A stretch of DNA of 64,000 nt from Bryobacterales bacterium (GTDB taxonomy: Bacteria; Acidobacteriota; Terriglobia; Bryobacterales; UBA6623), in assembly GCA_963422375.2 (NCBI GenBank), contig OY729428.2, positions 1,664,001 to 1,728,000 on the forward strand, in the 5' to 3' direction. Shown here piece by piece: positions 62,168-64,000 of this stretch; within the stretch, counting starts at the first letter, position 1, and every line of letters begins with the position of its first letter. The notes below the pieces were generated by a model. That model saw only the letters and a program-made list of their open reading frames with translations, searched no databases and was not told where the DNA came from. The position numbers and the translations under genes are program-made.

Positions 62168-62908
62168 ATGGCGGGAAGCGCAGGATCGTCGCGCGGGACG
62201 CGCCGCGTAGCCGGGCGCATGGCACCGAATGCCAGCGAAGCCGGCCTGACGCTCATCGAGCTGATTGTCGCCTTCAGCCTGATGCTGATTCTCTCGACCA
62301 TGGCTCTGCCCGTCGCGCGGGTCCGGATTCAGCGCGAGAAGGAGCGCCGGCTGCGCGAGGCCCTGCACGAGATGCGCACCGCGATCGACCGCCACAAGGA
62401 AATGGCGGACGAGGGCAAGCTGGGGACGCTTGATCCAGACAATCATGGCTACCCGGAGAGCTTGAAGGCGTTGGTGGACGGCATCGAGCTGGATGCCCAG
62501 GCGAGATCCGCGATGGCGGGCGCGTCAGGCAGGGACATCGGTCTTGGCATGAACCAGTCGCAGGGAATGAATTACGGACGGAACCTGTCGGGAGGGTTCG
62601 GAAGCCGGCGGGACAGCCCCGTCTCCTTCGGTTCGGGACGGGGACGGTCGGGCGACGATCCGCTTGACCGCAACGATGGCGGCTTCGGAAGGAACGACGA
62701 CCCCTTCGGAGAAGAGGACGAAGGGCCCGACGCGATCCGGTTCCTCCGTTCCATTCCGACGGATCCCATGACGGGTCAGAAGGAATGGGGGCTGCTGTCG
62801 ATCTCCGACGACCCGCTTGCCCGGAGTTGGAGCGGGCGGAACGTGTTCGACGTCTACTCGCTGAGCAACGCCGCCGCGCTCGACGGAACGCGCTACAGCG
62901 AATGGTGA
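62168..62908 (+). CDS. Pseudopilin (GspG-like) with Gly-rich insertion
   Basis: Prepilin motif GLTLIELIV; EKERRLREAL.EMRTAID; FLRSIPTDPMTG; DVYS.S..ALDGTRYSEW. Confidence 0.88.
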   Translation: MAGSAGSSRGTRRVAGRMAPNASEAGLTLIELIVAFSLMLILSTMALPVARVRIQREKERRLREALHEMRTAIDRHKEMADEGKLGTLDPDNHGYPESLKALVDGIELDAQARSAMAGASGRDIGLGMNQSQGMNYGRNLSGGFGSRRDSPVSFGSGRGRSGDDPLDRNDGGFGRNDDPFGEEDEGPDAIRFLRSIPTDPMTGQKEWGLLSISDDPLARSWSGRNVFDVYSLSNAAALDGTRYSEW

Positions 62909-63309
62909 TGGCACGGAGGGGCGTGGTGTTGGGGGCTCGCGTAGCGGGATTCACCCTGCTGGAAATGATGGTCGTGATGACGATCATCGTGACGATCGTC
63001 TCGATCGCCGTCCCGTTCTACTCGTCGGCCATCGTTCGGGCTCGCGAGAGCGTGCTGCGCTCGAACCTGCTCACGATCCGTTCCGTGATCGACCAATATA
63101 CCTACGACAAGGAGGAGCCCCCGCAGTCCCTCCGGGATCTAGTAGACGAAGGATACCTGCGCGAGGTGCCCATGGATCCCATCACGAACTCGCGGGACAC
63201 ATGGGAGCTCATCATCGAGACCGGGCCGACCGGGGAGTCGGGCCTGTTCGACGTACGCAGCGGGTCCGACGACGATTCTCTGGCGGGCACGCCCTATAAC
63301 GAATGGTAG
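62902..63309 (+). CDS. Pseudopilin (GspG-like)
   Basis: GFTLLEMMVV; RESVLRSNL..IRSVIDQY..D; YLREVPMDPIT. Confidence 0.88.
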   Translation: MVMARRGVVLGARVAGFTLLEMMVVMTIIVTIVSIAVPFYSSAIVRARESVLRSNLLTIRSVIDQYTYDKEEPPQSLRDLVDEGYLREVPMDPITNSRDTWELIIETGPTGESGLFDVRSGSDDDSLAGTPYNEW

Positions 63310-63649
63310 TAGCGCAAGGCTCGGTCGAGGGCGCCATGCGGCCTTGGGCCGCGAGAGCTTGCTTGCGAAGCCGTGTCGCCGAGGGGCCGAGAATCCCCTG
63401 GATTACGGCCAAGGGGGTTCACGGCCGTATCCGGCGCGTTCCCGCACCTGTCCGTGCCAGGCGCCGGATCGTGCTAGAAGTCGCGGCGAAGCTGTCCGGT
63501 GAAGTACCGCAGCCGCTCGACTGTGCGCCCGTGGTGGACGGAGCCCGCGCCGAGACCGTCGAGGAGGTCGTCTCGGAGTGTCGCGATTGTCGAAAGCGAC
63601 GCTCCCCGAACCGCATTGGTGGGGTTCGAGGAGCTCCGGGTCATCGCGG

Positions 63650-63900
63650 CAGGCATGCTCGCGAGGAAGCGAGATGGCGGGGTCTCGCAGGCCTCCGTGC
63701 CGCCGCGACGGAGCGGCGACCCTTGAAGTCGAGGCCGAAGCCGAGAGGATGCACGACGCGCAGGAATCGAAACCGGTGATCGTACCGGCGCAGCGGGCGA
63801 ACAAGGCGCCGGCAGTCCCGCGGCGGAGTCTGCGAATGCAAGGCCCCCGGGCACAACGGGAGGAGGGCGCGGTATAAGCGATCTGCGGACGCAGGGCAGA
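63650..63900 (+). other. Probable degenerate group II intron 5' (pre-ORF) fragment
   Basis: Ordered motifs GGCCGAAGCCGA.GATGCACG, GTACCGG..GCGAACAA, CCGCGGCGGAG, CGGACGCAGGGC resemble sequence upstream of bacterial group II intron RT ORFs; recognised from memory only. Confidence 0.4.
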
Positions 63901-64000
63901 GCGAACCGGACCCAAGTCCGGGGGCAACGCGATCGGAACTAGAGCCACCCGGAGCCCGGAAGGGCTGCGGTCACGGCCGCAATGAGGGGTCGGATACTCT

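Overview
High-GC bacterial chromosomal window. Gene content (carboxypeptidase-domain TonB receptors, DUF1501 and DUF1549/DUF1553 proteins, three sulfatases, secretin-cohesin plus pseudopilins) suggests Acidobacteriota, probably Bryobacterales-like; this is an inference. Housekeeping and metabolic genes (mltG, ruvX, YjhG/YagF dehydratase, RspA-like enzyme, surE, tlyA, nadK, rfbD, sat-cysH-cysC, mutS2, smpB) are interspersed with heavy IS activity. IS content: one complete IS1595-family element with an 8-bp TSD, further IS1595 copies and ends, two copies of an IS5/IS1182-like element that both sit in IS1595 left-end sequence, ISAs1/DUF4338, ISNCY and IS630 remnants in a ~9.6 kb IS pile-up, and two copies of a 255-bp MITE, each with its own 6-bp TSD. 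Decaying genes across the window show repeated T>C / A>G substitutions at conserved residues. Other notable items: an eight-CxxCH cytochrome with a membrane partner, two nucleotidyltransferase two-gene cassettes, an orphan Panacea antitoxin and a probable group II intron relic. No CRISPR array, rRNA or tRNA was recognised. All family calls are from motif recognition, not database searches.
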